Shown one piece after another: positions 1-12,500 of a stretch of 64,000 nt of DNA. The notes beneath the pieces were generated by a model. That model searched no databases. It saw nothing but the letters and a program-made list of their open reading frames with translations, and was not told the origin of the DNA. A program made the position numbers and the translations under genes. Origin of the DNA: Acanthaster planci. Its lineage: Eukaryota. The stretch covers positions 186,001-250,000 of the forward strand of contig NW_019091357.1 in NCBI RefSeq assembly GCF_001949145.1, read 5' to 3'. The stretch's first letter is position 1; the number at the start of each line of letters is the position of its first letter.

Positions 1-307
1 AGAAAACGACAGGAACCCTCACCCTGTGTTCGTAGTGGATAATCCCAGTGCATGCCAAATAATGCATGTAGCCATTGTTTGGCATGCCATACACAGGACG
101 AGGGTTCCCCTCGTTGTCTCAGTTTTCTCAAAATGAAGTAATCTACATTCAGAATTCGCATCTTGGGATGAACAGGGAAAAACCCTTTTAAGCTTGTTAA
201 AGTTGAGCTCTGAAGACAAATGACGCTGCATTTGATTTGGATGCTTCCATATTTATTTGAAAAGATAAAATCAGAGAAAATGTGTTGTCATTAGAGGTGC
301 TCTTTAA
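1..307. mobile_element. MITE, centre and right arm, TTAA-flanked (Kolobok-like termini)
   Basis: Bases 1-85 match ~31520-31604 directly. Bases ~120-307 are the reverse complement of 31339-31520. Ends in GAGGTGCTCT-TTAA. Confidence 0.8.
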
Positions 308-549
308 AAACCTGAGTTTCCCTCCAGTTAAGCAATATTATGATTGTAAACTAGTTTAGAGCAGTTTTGCTAGAGAACAGCTGATTGAATTTTTATTGGG
401 TAACTATCTTGTATTTTGAAAATTAATCTAACGTTTTAATATTTCCCCCTTTGTGAATAACTACAGGCATAAGCTCCATTGTAAACTTGCATGATTATTA
501 TGGCCATTAATTTTGTGTAAAACTCACGCTCTGAGTGTTATTTCTTCAG

Positions 550-3500
550 GCCAATGTGAGGGGAAGGAAATGTGACAGATGCATCAATAACTCCTTCAGT
601 CTGCAAGCAAATCTACCAGAAGGATGCACAAGTTGTTTCTGCTTTGGAATCACAGACAGTTGCAGACAGACTGACTTTGTCAGGAAAGAGGTAAGACCAT
701 GGGATAATGGACCAAAAAAGTTCAGGGAAATAACACAGAATCCTGGTTAGTTAGAACGAATTCTGTCAATGCAACAGCTTTTCTTTTCATTTAATGAAGA
801 AGGACTAATTTACTGACTACTCAAAACTTTTGAAAACTTCACTTCATCAACAGTTGCACCTGTCATCCAGAACCAATGACTTCTCTGTAAGTGATGGCTA
901 CTACATTATACCAACACAGCGTGGTGTGACATTCACAACAGAACGTGTTGATCTTAATGCTACAGAGGCCTTCATAACCCTGGATGTAGAGGAGCTTTTC
1001 TGGAATCTTCCAGTTGCTTTTGTTGGAAATAAGGTAATGTTTTGAAGAGGCTTCTTGTGTCTTAGACTGATATTTCTAATTTGAAATGTCCTTATCTTAT
1101 ACAGAGGTTACTAAGATGTACTGCATCTTAAAAAATCCTTGAACAACTGCATTTTTGGGGTTGCTGATCCAAATCATGCTTCAGAACTTAAATTGCTCAC
1201 TCCTTCCATTCCGGTTTACCTGACAGGTGTCTTCATATGGTGGGATTCTGAGCTTTGTTGTGGCCTATCGACTGAATCCACCAGCCAACACACCTGTGGA
1301 ATCCACATTAGACATCAAAATTCTTGGTGTTCGCTATGCTGTCACCGTAGATTTGCCAGAGCCTTCCCCTGACACCAAACAAGCATTCAGTGTGAAACTA
1401 TTGGAGGTAAGTGCCTGGAGCAGTTGATTTGGAGGAGATGCTTTCATAACGAGGTCCAAAAATTCATCCTTGGTTGTTGATGAATTTATTGCAGCACAAC
1501 TTCCAGCTGCAGCCATCAGGTAGACAGCCAACCAAAGAAGAATTCATGATGGTGATACAAGACATCAAAGCAGTTCTTATCAGAGCAACGTACGGACCAG
1601 ACACAGTCTATGCACTGTGAGTATCCATCCAATTATAGTCATACACAGATTTGTCTACATGGTTTTTTCTGTCTATTTGTGCCAAATATTAATGTTATTG
1701 GGGCAAAGCAGCCTCACCCAGTGACCAGATTCAATCCATTGCTTTCCTTGAGAATTATACTGGATATTAACTATTTTATGAAGAGAGCATACGTGTTTTA
1801 TGTAGTTTTCATTGTCAGTGTTTGGATGTATCCCCTTGCAGCATTGATAGTGTGGTTCTAGAAACCGCAGGGCCAGCCAGAGGTGATATCAGTGGGGACC
1901 AAGCGATAGGAGTGGAAGAGTGTGATTGTCCTACTGGCTACACAGGACTTTCATGTGAGGTAACTCTTCATTTGAATGTCATTCTTGAATCCTGCATTTC
2001 TAATGTAGCTCCAGTTCCCAGAACTTCTCAAACATCAGTAACCCTAACAGTCCTCAATCCTCCAACAGGTGAAGGATTGAGGACTGTTAGGGGTAAAGAA
2101 TGGTTTATGGTACACCATGGAATATCTCTTTTGTGAAGAAATGTTTGCTCTTGAAAATGCTGTTTGACTGGGAAGATTTCAACAACTGTACCTTTGAAGG
2201 TTTTAGAGTGTATTGTTTGAAACCCTAAGATTTTCTACCGTACTTTATTCCTAACGATTTGTCAGCACAAAGTTTTAAACAACTTTTTAATTCAAACATC
2301 AGTCACTTAGTAACCATACCTTAGAAATGCAACCTACATGTATGCCCAAGTAATTCTGATATTTCCTCATGTTTGTCTCAGCGCTGTGAAGCAGGTTACT
2401 TCAGGTTAAGTGGAGACTACCTCGGCACATGTCAACCCTGTGTCTGCTTTGGTCATTCTGATATGTGCGATGACAGGACTGGACAGTGTGAGGTACCAAA
2501 TTTTCAAACCACCTGCAATATATCTACTTTAATCAATGAATATTCTATGAGATAATGAAATTTTATACCTTCCAATACCCATCAGGAATGTCAGCACAAC
2601 ACAACCGGCCCACAGTGCAATAACTGTGATGTCGGTTTCTATGGAGATGCAACCGTTGGTACTCCGTCTGACTGTATGCAATGTGCCTGCCCATCATTTG
2701 CTTCTGTTAACAAGTAAGATCCCTATGAATTATGGGTCGTAAGCAGTTGGCTAATATTTATTATTGATTGTTTAGATGTTTAAGAGACTTCATTGGTCTT
2801 ACAGTAGGTAGCCAGAAAAGCATTCTTCCTTTGCTGATGGAAAAACAGAATAATATTTGAACTCTTCAAATTTTTTGTAATTTTTTCAGCATTTTGCTTT
2901 GGGTGGCAGAAATTTTGAACCTTACAATTCTTATGAGATGTCTTATCTTATCCCAGCAGCTTCAGTCCAACGTGTGTTTTAGATCCTTTAGATGGTCAGC
3001 ATAGATGCACTGACTGTCAAGCAGGCTATGTGGGTAGATTCTGTGACAGGTGAGTTCCTAATGGATCCAGAAGTCATTGGAATAAGAGGCTTATTTGTTT
3101 TATCAAACCCCTTCTATTTTATTTCTCTAGACCTACATGTAAGTGGTCACCAGATCATTTTGGCATTTATTCTGACTACACACCCACAGTTCCCAGGATG
3201 TCATGACAGAATGATAGGCATTTTATCCAACAATTTGTTTCATTATTATGGAAATAAATGTCTCACTGATATGCCACTCATTTTAAGATATTCATTTGCC
3301 TCTAATCATATAAATTTTAAAATGCTAGTTGTGATGATGGTTACTATGGTGACCCTACCAAGCCTGGTGGTACCTGTCAGCCATGTGACTGCAATGTCTA
3401 TGGCTCTGTCTCATCAGTCTGTGACAAAATCACTGGAGTGTGTCTATGTACAGATGGGATTACTGGTGCAAACTGTGACCAATGTGATGAGGGAGCTGGA

Positions 3501-6500
3501 TACGTCGTCACGGAAACAGGATGCTCTTGTAAGAAATTTGGCTTACATGTCCTTTATTTGTCATTGTTCTTTGTATTTTTTTCTACAGTACTTGATGTCA
3601 CTGTACTGCATAGGTTATGCAGTAAGATATCCCCTAAATGATGAATAATTTAACTTGATGCTTTTACATGCATAGTATGTGCGTACCTGAAACTGGTCTG
3701 TACATTTGATTATCAAGAACTTGTAATATTTGTGATTGGAAACACGTTTTCCTTTTAGAATTGTAGACTGGAAGCTTGGTTATCAGTACATGAAACCCAA
3801 ACAAGATGTCTTATTCATTCTCAACAGCCTGTTACGATAACTGCACTGGACTTCTTTTGACTGAGTTGGATCGCTTGGAGCAACTTCTTCAGGAGCGAAA
3901 TTTTTCTAACATTGTTGTTGCGCCCTGGGAAAAGTTACAAGAAATGGAAAATGCTACCAAATTGATTCAGGTATGTCAGCATTTCCAAACTTCTATGTTA
4001 CAGAAGGATTGTACTAGACATTGTGTGTAATGACAGTGCAGCTAAAGCTTTTAACCTTGAAGAAATTGTGAAAAAAAATTTAAAGTGATCTTTTTGAATC
4101 ATGTTGTTCCTCTGAAAATCTCAAAATCAAAGAGGAATTGAGAATCTTATGCTCATACTACCCTAAGATGGATTCAAACCTGTGATAAAAATGTAAGGCA
4201 CAGATGAAAAAGAGTCCATTATTTAACTCTCATTCAAGACCACTGGTTATAAGAACCTCGCAAGATTTATCAACTTTCTGTTGTTTCTTATAGTAATGTG
4301 GCAGTGGAGGAGATCTTAATATACATCCATTTCATTTGGGCTTTATTTCCAGGGAAAACTTGCATTGCTCTTTGGAGTTTTGAATTCTACTAAGGAACTC
4401 CTTCTGGCCTTGCCTGATATAGGCAACTTACAAGAGGATACAGACAGGCTAGAAATGAGAGTAAGAAACCAATGTTATCATTTTGGTGTTGATGTGTAAA
4501 AACAGGTTTTTATTCTTTTCAAACCTCTTAACTCCTGTGGGAGTATACATAGCTACATTAAGGTCATTCTTTAAATATGGGGTCCAATCATTTTCCTGTC
4601 CCTGTCACATCTAGCATTTGATTTTGAAGGTTTTAAAACACATTCTTTAATTTTCAAGAGTGATTAAAGTAACACAGATTACCTGCCAAATAAATCTAAA
4701 TAATTTGAAGTTAATTTCAGTGGTATTGCCATGTCAGAATTTACAGGTCAGCTGTAACAGGGACACACATGTCACACTTTTGGACCAATATAGCAGGACC
4801 CTCAAGGCAGCTAAATTCTCTGACTTTCTTGCAGGCTAACAATACCAAGGACAATGCAACATCATTGAAAAATGAAGTGGATAAAACATACATCCAAGCT
4901 GTGGAAGCAGAGGCTAATATCACGGCCATCTTTGATAAAATAAAAGGTATGATTTGTGTTGTCAAGATGATTTAAGAAGTCAAATGTGCAGCATATTTGA
5001 CAACAATATGTATATGTAAGCATATATGCTGGCAAAAGAGTTAACAATATCATCTTGAAAAGTAATGCTTTGGCGGTTTGTTCTTTAGGATTGGATGGTT
5101 GTGAATGATTTTACTTTAAAACTTGAGGACTGTACACTCTTTCTTTTAGGATTGTTATCATCCATTTCCAATCTACAGATATTGTGAAAGAAATTGCCAA
5201 CATCCAAGAGGAGCTGAGTAAGGAGTTGTCCCTGGATGAGTCTACAGCCCTCCTGGTGCAAGCACGAATGATTGTCATGGAAATTTCAGATAGAAATCCT
5301 CCTTTTATGTATTCACAGCTAAGAGCTGATAGTGAACTTAGGTATTGAGATTTGCGATATCTGTTTGATTTCTTCTTGTAACATTATCTGACCTTGTTTC
5401 ACTAACAAGTAAAATGTAGTTAAAAGAAAGATTGTGGCACTTACATGTAAAATGACGTTATACAGAGAAAAATAAAGACATACATTTTTTGTTGTTTTCT
5501 AGGGAAGCCAACAAAACATTGGACAAAGCCAGACATTTGTTTGATGACATCCTGAATGTACAGCCGCTGGTTGATCATACCCACTCAGGCATAATGAACT
5601 TGACCAAGCAACTTGAGTTCCTGATAAAAACAAGCCAAGAGGCTGTCAACAAATCTGAAAATGCAACTGGCATCAACCAAGACAGTAAAGCCTTGATAGT
5701 CTTGATTAAGGTAGGAGGTTAGGTCATAAATATTGTCTATTTGAAACTTTACTTTTAATGGGAAGCACAAAGTACAACCAAATATGTTGGATGAAATGAC
5801 AACTAATTTTCAAGAAGCAAACATTGGTCATCAAAAGTACTTTTTTAAAGATCAATCTTTATTGTCCTTGCAGGAGATTGCAGTGCAAACTGAAGAGTTG
5901 AAGGAGATGAGCAAAAGGAATCTTTCTGAAGCCAGAGCCATTCTTGACAAAGCCCAAGATCTGCTTCTCCAAGCCAATGCCTCTGGAATGGTAATCCTCA
6001 ATTCTTAAATTATCTTTGAAATGAATAGGGAAACACTTTGGTTAACAGAACAGAAACACAGAATTCCTAAACCCAACGGTTCTTTCAAGAATTAACTCAT
6101 TAAAATGTTCAGATGGTAATCCTCAAGGGAGTACCAGTACAAAGACTTCTAAATCCATAAGATTGTCATTAGGATTGGTGGTAGTTTAGTAAACTTGTGT
6201 CCAACTTTGTGTGAGATTTTCATTCAAAACATCAACGTTACTTGATTGTATCAGGAATGCCCTCTTCCAATTTCAGGGTTTGAAGAAAGAGTTTGCTCTG
6301 CTATACAATCTGACATCAGACCTTGGCTTCAAGGTGGGGTTAATTGAACAGAACTTGTTTGGCTTGGATGAGTATGTTGAGAGAGCTGAGGCCCATGCAG
6401 ACAACCTAAAACAGCAAGCACAGCGCCTGCAAGAGTATGTAAAAAACAGCAAAATATAATGTACATCCCAATGAGTCAGAGTGAAGTTTTTGCACCATTG

Positions 6501-9500
6501 CCACTGGAGACAATATCTCTTTCATTTCACATTTATATCATTAATCATTGCTTCCTTTGTTTCATAGGTTATTTCAGCCCACTAAAGACTATGCAGATGA
6601 CTCAATTCGAGCAGTCAATGCATATGGTCAGATTCAACTGGCTATTGATGAGGCGGAACAGGCAGCAAGACAGGCCATGATGGCTGCCAACAATGCCAGT
6701 TACCAAGTGAGACACAAAGTCACCTGCTTATTAAAACAAAATATTCCAATTTGACCTGCCCTAACATCCCTAATCCACCTGCCTGAATACATCCCATTGA
6801 GTTCATCTTGCAACATTGTTACATTTGTCCTGCAGGTTAGTAACCCTGAACCGCTGGATGTCCTAGCTTTATTGTCCAGAGATAAAAGCCTTTCCCTGGA
6901 TACCAACAGCCTGTTCCCAAGATTGGAGGAGTTAGGAAAGAGGCTTGATAGCGTGCAGGATAATATCACCTGGGTAACCAACAAGAATGATGATGCATAT
7001 GAGAGACTAAGATGCATAAAGGAGGCACTGCTTGAACTCAGACAGGGTTAGTGTTGAGTTTTGAGATTCAAATACTGCATTTCATTGCTTAAAGCAATTT
7101 AGGTTGTTTGCATGATTAAAATTATTGCACCCTCACTTAGGGGACACCGGGTTTGTTTTATTTCTGTGATTTCACCTGGCAATCTTCAACAAAAGATTTT
7201 TCCTGAAGTTTATTTTACAATTCCAGTAGGGACAGGATGGTAATTCTAAAGACTCAAGTTCTCTTTCAGACCTGACTACGCCAGCCCAGGAAGCTGTTGA
7301 TATTGCCATGTTGGCACGGAGCAAAGCCAAAGGTGTTGAAGATAAAGTAGGAAGGACATTAGGACAAATTCCTGAGGCAAAGAAAAGACTGGAGCAAGTT
7401 GAGGAAGATACAGGCTTTGTGGATGAAGCATTAGACATTGTTGACAATGCAAGTAAGTTACAAATGTTGGTAGCTGTGGCTAAAAATTGCCATCTGATAT
7501 TGAGGCATTTTTACGCTTCTTGCCAAGTCATCCTCTGAAATTCTTTGCTTTCTTTTTTACAAGATGGATTCATTGGGAGGAAGTATTGTTTATCCCTCAT
7601 TTACATTTTTCTGTCAACAAAGAAATTAAAAGTAGGATTTGTGGCATGAATTTCTGGAACACTTTGCCAACTATCAAATTTGTGACAAAAAGGAGACACT
7701 GACAGTGTGTTCCTGTGGAAGCCTGTGTTGCAGTCAGATGATTTCCTTGTTTGTTAGAATATTTTGGATTTCATTATTTTAGCCCAGTACTCTCAGTCCA
7801 GTGTGAATGAGATTCATACACTGTCCTTATCACTGAGTGGACAAGCTAATGACATGAAGACTCTAGAAGGCAACATGGCTGTCGATCTTAATAAGATTAG
7901 AGAGAAGATACGACAAGCTCGCAACCAAGCATCAAAGGTCAGTCCCTAGGTTTGGCATTCTGGTTCTCATATAATCTGTGCTCGGATATGAAAATCCCCT
8001 TTGCTGCAGATTTTGCTGAAATTTAACCACTTCGGGCCGGGGCATTTTTCAATGTTGAGGATGCTGGGCCGGCATGACGATCATTTTTTCCATTTTCAAA
8101 ATCCTTCAACAATTCATCATTCCATTTAACAGTCGTTTATAGCCGCACGGAGTAATCTTCAGGCACTACTCTAAGTTGACAGGTGACCTTCATTGACGCC
8201 CGAATATTTCAGCCAGGCCTGCAGCCTTGTGAACAGAGCCCAGATTGTGTGGTGTTATAGAACTGTCTTTTGTTCACGAACCTAGCTCAGTGCACTGCTG
8301 NNNNNNNNNNNNNNNNNNNNNNNNNNNNNNNNNNNNNNNNNNNNNNNNNNNNNNNNNNNNNNNNNNNNNNNNNNNNNNNNNNNNNNNNNNNNNNNNNNNN
8401 NNNNNNNNNNNNNNNNNNNNNNNNNNNNNNNNNNNNNNNNNNNNNNNNNNNNNNNNNNNNNNNNNNNNNNNNNNNNNNNNNNNNNGTCCCCGGCTGGTAG
8501 TTGTTAAAGGACAGTTTTTGGCAAAAGAATTAACAGATAAGTTTTTAATAACTGGCTCTCAACACATTCCCATTTATTACTTCTACTAACCCTAACAATT
8601 GGTCTGGCTGCCCCCCCCCCAAAGCTGGTCTCCCATTGGTAAAAAAACATGAGCATCAAAAAGATATATTGTTCTTGTGATGTGGCCCCCCAGCTGCAAC
8701 TGTAGAGCCTCTTAATGCCTGAAGCTGGTGACAGGGCTGCATAAATCTCTCTATAGCTATTTGCCTAATCTGTAATACCTTAAAGAGTTTCTGGAATGCT
8801 CACATTCTACTGTTGTTACATGTATTTCTCGACTTAACTTTGAAGATCAAGGTATCGATGTACTCCACTGGTGACTGTGCTCGTTCCTACCAACCTCAAG
8901 TCAGCCCATCCACATACAACTCCCTTATCATCAATGTTAATATCTCAAGCCCAACAAATCTCTTGTTCTACATCAAGAGCAACAGCAGTGTGAGTACAAA
9001 AGCTGTTCTTGTTAGGATTTGAAGATTTGATATTCTGGATGTAGCACTTGACTTGGTAATCACAAATCCTTACTGTCTGTGCATCACAGGATGAGTTTAT
9101 GCTGCTTGAGACAGTCAACGGAAAGCCATTCTTTCGATGGAATGTAGGTGTCGATGTTGGTTCCATCAAGTCATCTGAAGTCATGCAACTAAAGGAATGG
9201 TACAAGATTGAAGCACAGAGGTCAGACTTGTCATCATCTATTTCAGTTGTCAAAGAATCATTCAGGGATCAGAACATTAAGGTTTGTTTGGTTATTTGCT
9301 GCATGGAGGAACCACTTTTAGTTTCAGTTTCAGTATGTGAAGTGGGACACTTTCTGTTTATCATTTCCATCCCTCTGTAAAAGGGTCTTGAAGTAATAAA
9401 TGTACCTAATTTCTGCCCATCAGGATTGGGCATGTTGGCACCCTTAAGGTCCAGAAGATGATATCTATGGAGAACAATCCCAATCCAGAGAACATTATGG

Positions 9501-12500
9501 AACCAGCTGTGGCTTTGACAGGGATGTCTGCTGTTGGCTCCAGCATCCTGGATGTTGATAGCTCCAGTCACTTGTTTGTTGGAGGAGTACCCAGAGAATT
9601 CGATGTAAGTTTGCTCAGAATGTTGAGCAACGCTTGCATGGCAATGCTCAATACTAAGACCTATTGGATAGACACGATTCAGAACTTAGAGGATGGCACA
9701 AGTTATATCTCTGAAATGGCAGCTCTGAAATGTATTCCTCTCGTGAATCACATTTAAATGAGGTCACTGTTTAAAACCTGTCTGTTAATGTTGCTGATTA
9801 TTCCAAGGTTGTTAAAACAGCCAAGTGTTATAATAGATCATCTTGTTTTCATGTGATGTTACATGTAGGATATCACACTTCAATCTTAAATGTGTTGGGC
9901 CAGTGTAGTATCAGTATTTTTAGTGTTCATGCACTTTTGTGCACTTGGATCAACTTGGCTGGATTATGTTTATGTATTTTTCTTCTAAACAACTAGAGTG
10001 TAGTCCAAGGCGTTGAGAGTAAGGAGTTCAGAGGATGTATGGGAGAAGTCATCTTTGATGACATACCTGTTGGGCTGTGGAATTTCAAGACCATTGAAGG
10101 ACAGTGTCAGGGATGTGGTAACAGGTGCATCCTTTCTTCCCTGTCTCAATTTCATTGGTTCAACTTGAAAACATTCTTGCTTTTGTTTGGATGGTCTCTT
10201 CCTGAAATGACAGTTCTATTCACGTCGTCAAGACCCTCCAACTTTGCAATAAGTAAATAATTAACAAAACATAACCAAAGAGATTCATGACTGACCAATC
10301 AGCAATCCACTTTGAAAATAGCATAAAGGGACCCAAAGGAGAAAGTTTTAGGTAGTTAATTTTTTTGCAAAGCAAAGCTCACAAAACAGTTTGGATAGCA
10401 CCAATTGGAAAGAGGAGAAGCTGGACTTGCAGAGTCCCTCAACAACTAACATCCCTTCCTTGAACTTTTCATATTTCTTCAACAGTCCCAGTACCACAGT
10501 GGTAGAAGAAGGTGTATATAATTATGACGGGACAGGTTACTCCCTACTCCCTCGACCAAGGCAATGGAAGGATGGGTTTGTTCCCATTGATTTCCAACTG
10601 AAGACGCAAGCAGAAGAAGCACTGCTGTTTTACATGGCTTCACAAGACCAAGTGAGTCAAGGTTGCTTAAGTTCTTCATAGCTTGGAGCCAAATTTTTGT
10701 TAGTTGACAAATAAAATGCATTCTCTTCTTTTGTGTCCTTTATCATAGCGGGACTTTATGGCTATTGAACTTATTGATGGTTACATGGTTGTGTCACATG
10801 ACCTCGGCAGTGGCATAGGCAAAGTGTCATCACTGGAGAGAGTAAACACAAACACTTGGATATCAGTCAGTCTGTCCAGGAGTGGTCAGAAAAGTGAGTT
10901 TAGAGCCTGATTAGTGCAATTAGTGTAAACTGTTCAAGGTGCTTGTACTATGCTGGCAAAATTTCCATTGCCACTCTCTTCTTTTGTAATTTTTTTTCAA
11001 AAGACAAATGCTGCGTTTTTTCAATAGGCTTCAAGTGCTCATAGCACCCTCTAAAGTTAAAATATTGAGTAGTAGATAGATTTAAAGTATACCACTTGAA
11101 TGGTTAAAAAGTGGAATCGTAATTTTCAAACTGATCTGAAATTGCAGATTGATCTGAAATCAAGTATTTTCTTTTTCTGTGTGACAGGTTACCTGTACAT
11201 CAATGCAGTGAGACAGGGAGTAGGTCTGTCCCCTGGATCATTAACTGGATTAACTATTGAGGAATCAGAGTACCTTCATGTGGGAGGTGTGCCAAGCTCC
11301 TATAAAGTCAAGTAGGTACATTTCTGAATTTGAAATTTTCCTTATGTCACTTTTTAATTCATCTAGTGAATTCAAACTTTGAGCAGTCTTTCCTTCCTTG
11401 AAGTAGAATGCTACTCTTCTCAGAGGACCGCACTACCTTCCAGTCATAAGTTAAATTATTATTTAGGCACATTTTTAAATTACAGGAGTGAATATTAATC
11501 TAAGATTGTTCGATTGATTCAGCAACCTCATCATACATTTTATATATTTTATATAATAGGTTTTTGCCCTTACCCAACGTATATTAATAAGCACTGTATG
11601 CTCAGTGCTTGTCCGAGAGCTTGCGAAAAAAACCTCACATCATACATCTTTTGGCTAGTAATAATTGTTTCTTTGGGGTAACTCTTCAGGCGAGATGTTA
11701 CCAGGCAGCGCTTCTATGGATGCATCAAGTTGTTTGGTCTCTATGGAAACTTGCAGAACCTGCTTTTGCCCGGTCTGTCAACAGGTGTTGAGGATGGCTG
11801 CATTGCACGGGTAAGAGGAATTCTTGAGACAGTAGGATTTTATTTAATTTAAAATAGATCCTTCTCAGGCAAACCCATCAAAACCTGCTACGTGTTTCTT
11901 TTTGTTATCCTCTTCCTTCTGCATTCTTTTCTTTTCCAGACTGTTCGAAGTCTTGGCTTACTAGACGGTGCTCAGGTCAAAATGCGCAACATTGCTCTCG
12001 GAAGGATTGCAGATATTTCCTTGACTTTCACCACCAGGCAAAGCAGTGGTATCCTCTTAGCAGCAGGAGAACTTGCTAGAGACAGGACAAGAAGAGATGT
12101 GGACCCTGACCAAACTGATGTAAGTCTGTGCTCTATGGTGGAAAAATAGGCCCATTGGCCATGAACCATATTACATTGCCACGACTGATGCCGGCAATAA
12201 ATCATTTACAAAATTAAGTTTACTTCAAATAATATCTTTTTTTTATAATGTCCAGGTATCTTATGCCATTGCACTGGTTGGAGGTCGTATTAGAACTTAT
12301 ATAAATGCAGGTCAAGGACTTCTGACTCTAACAACTCTATCATCATTAGGATATTTTAATGATGGTATACCTCATGTAGTACTTCTACAAAAGGAGGATT
12401 TTAGGTAAGTCCAATTTAAAGTTAATGCTTTATTTGAATGTTTTTTGAAGAGTGTTGGAAGAAAAATGCACAGTGGATAGAAAAAACCCACATCTTTGTC

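Noticed and set aside
2992..3648. 218-aa plus-strand ORF
   Set aside because: It is an off-frame overlap of laminin exons 8-9 and their intron, with no recognisable protein.
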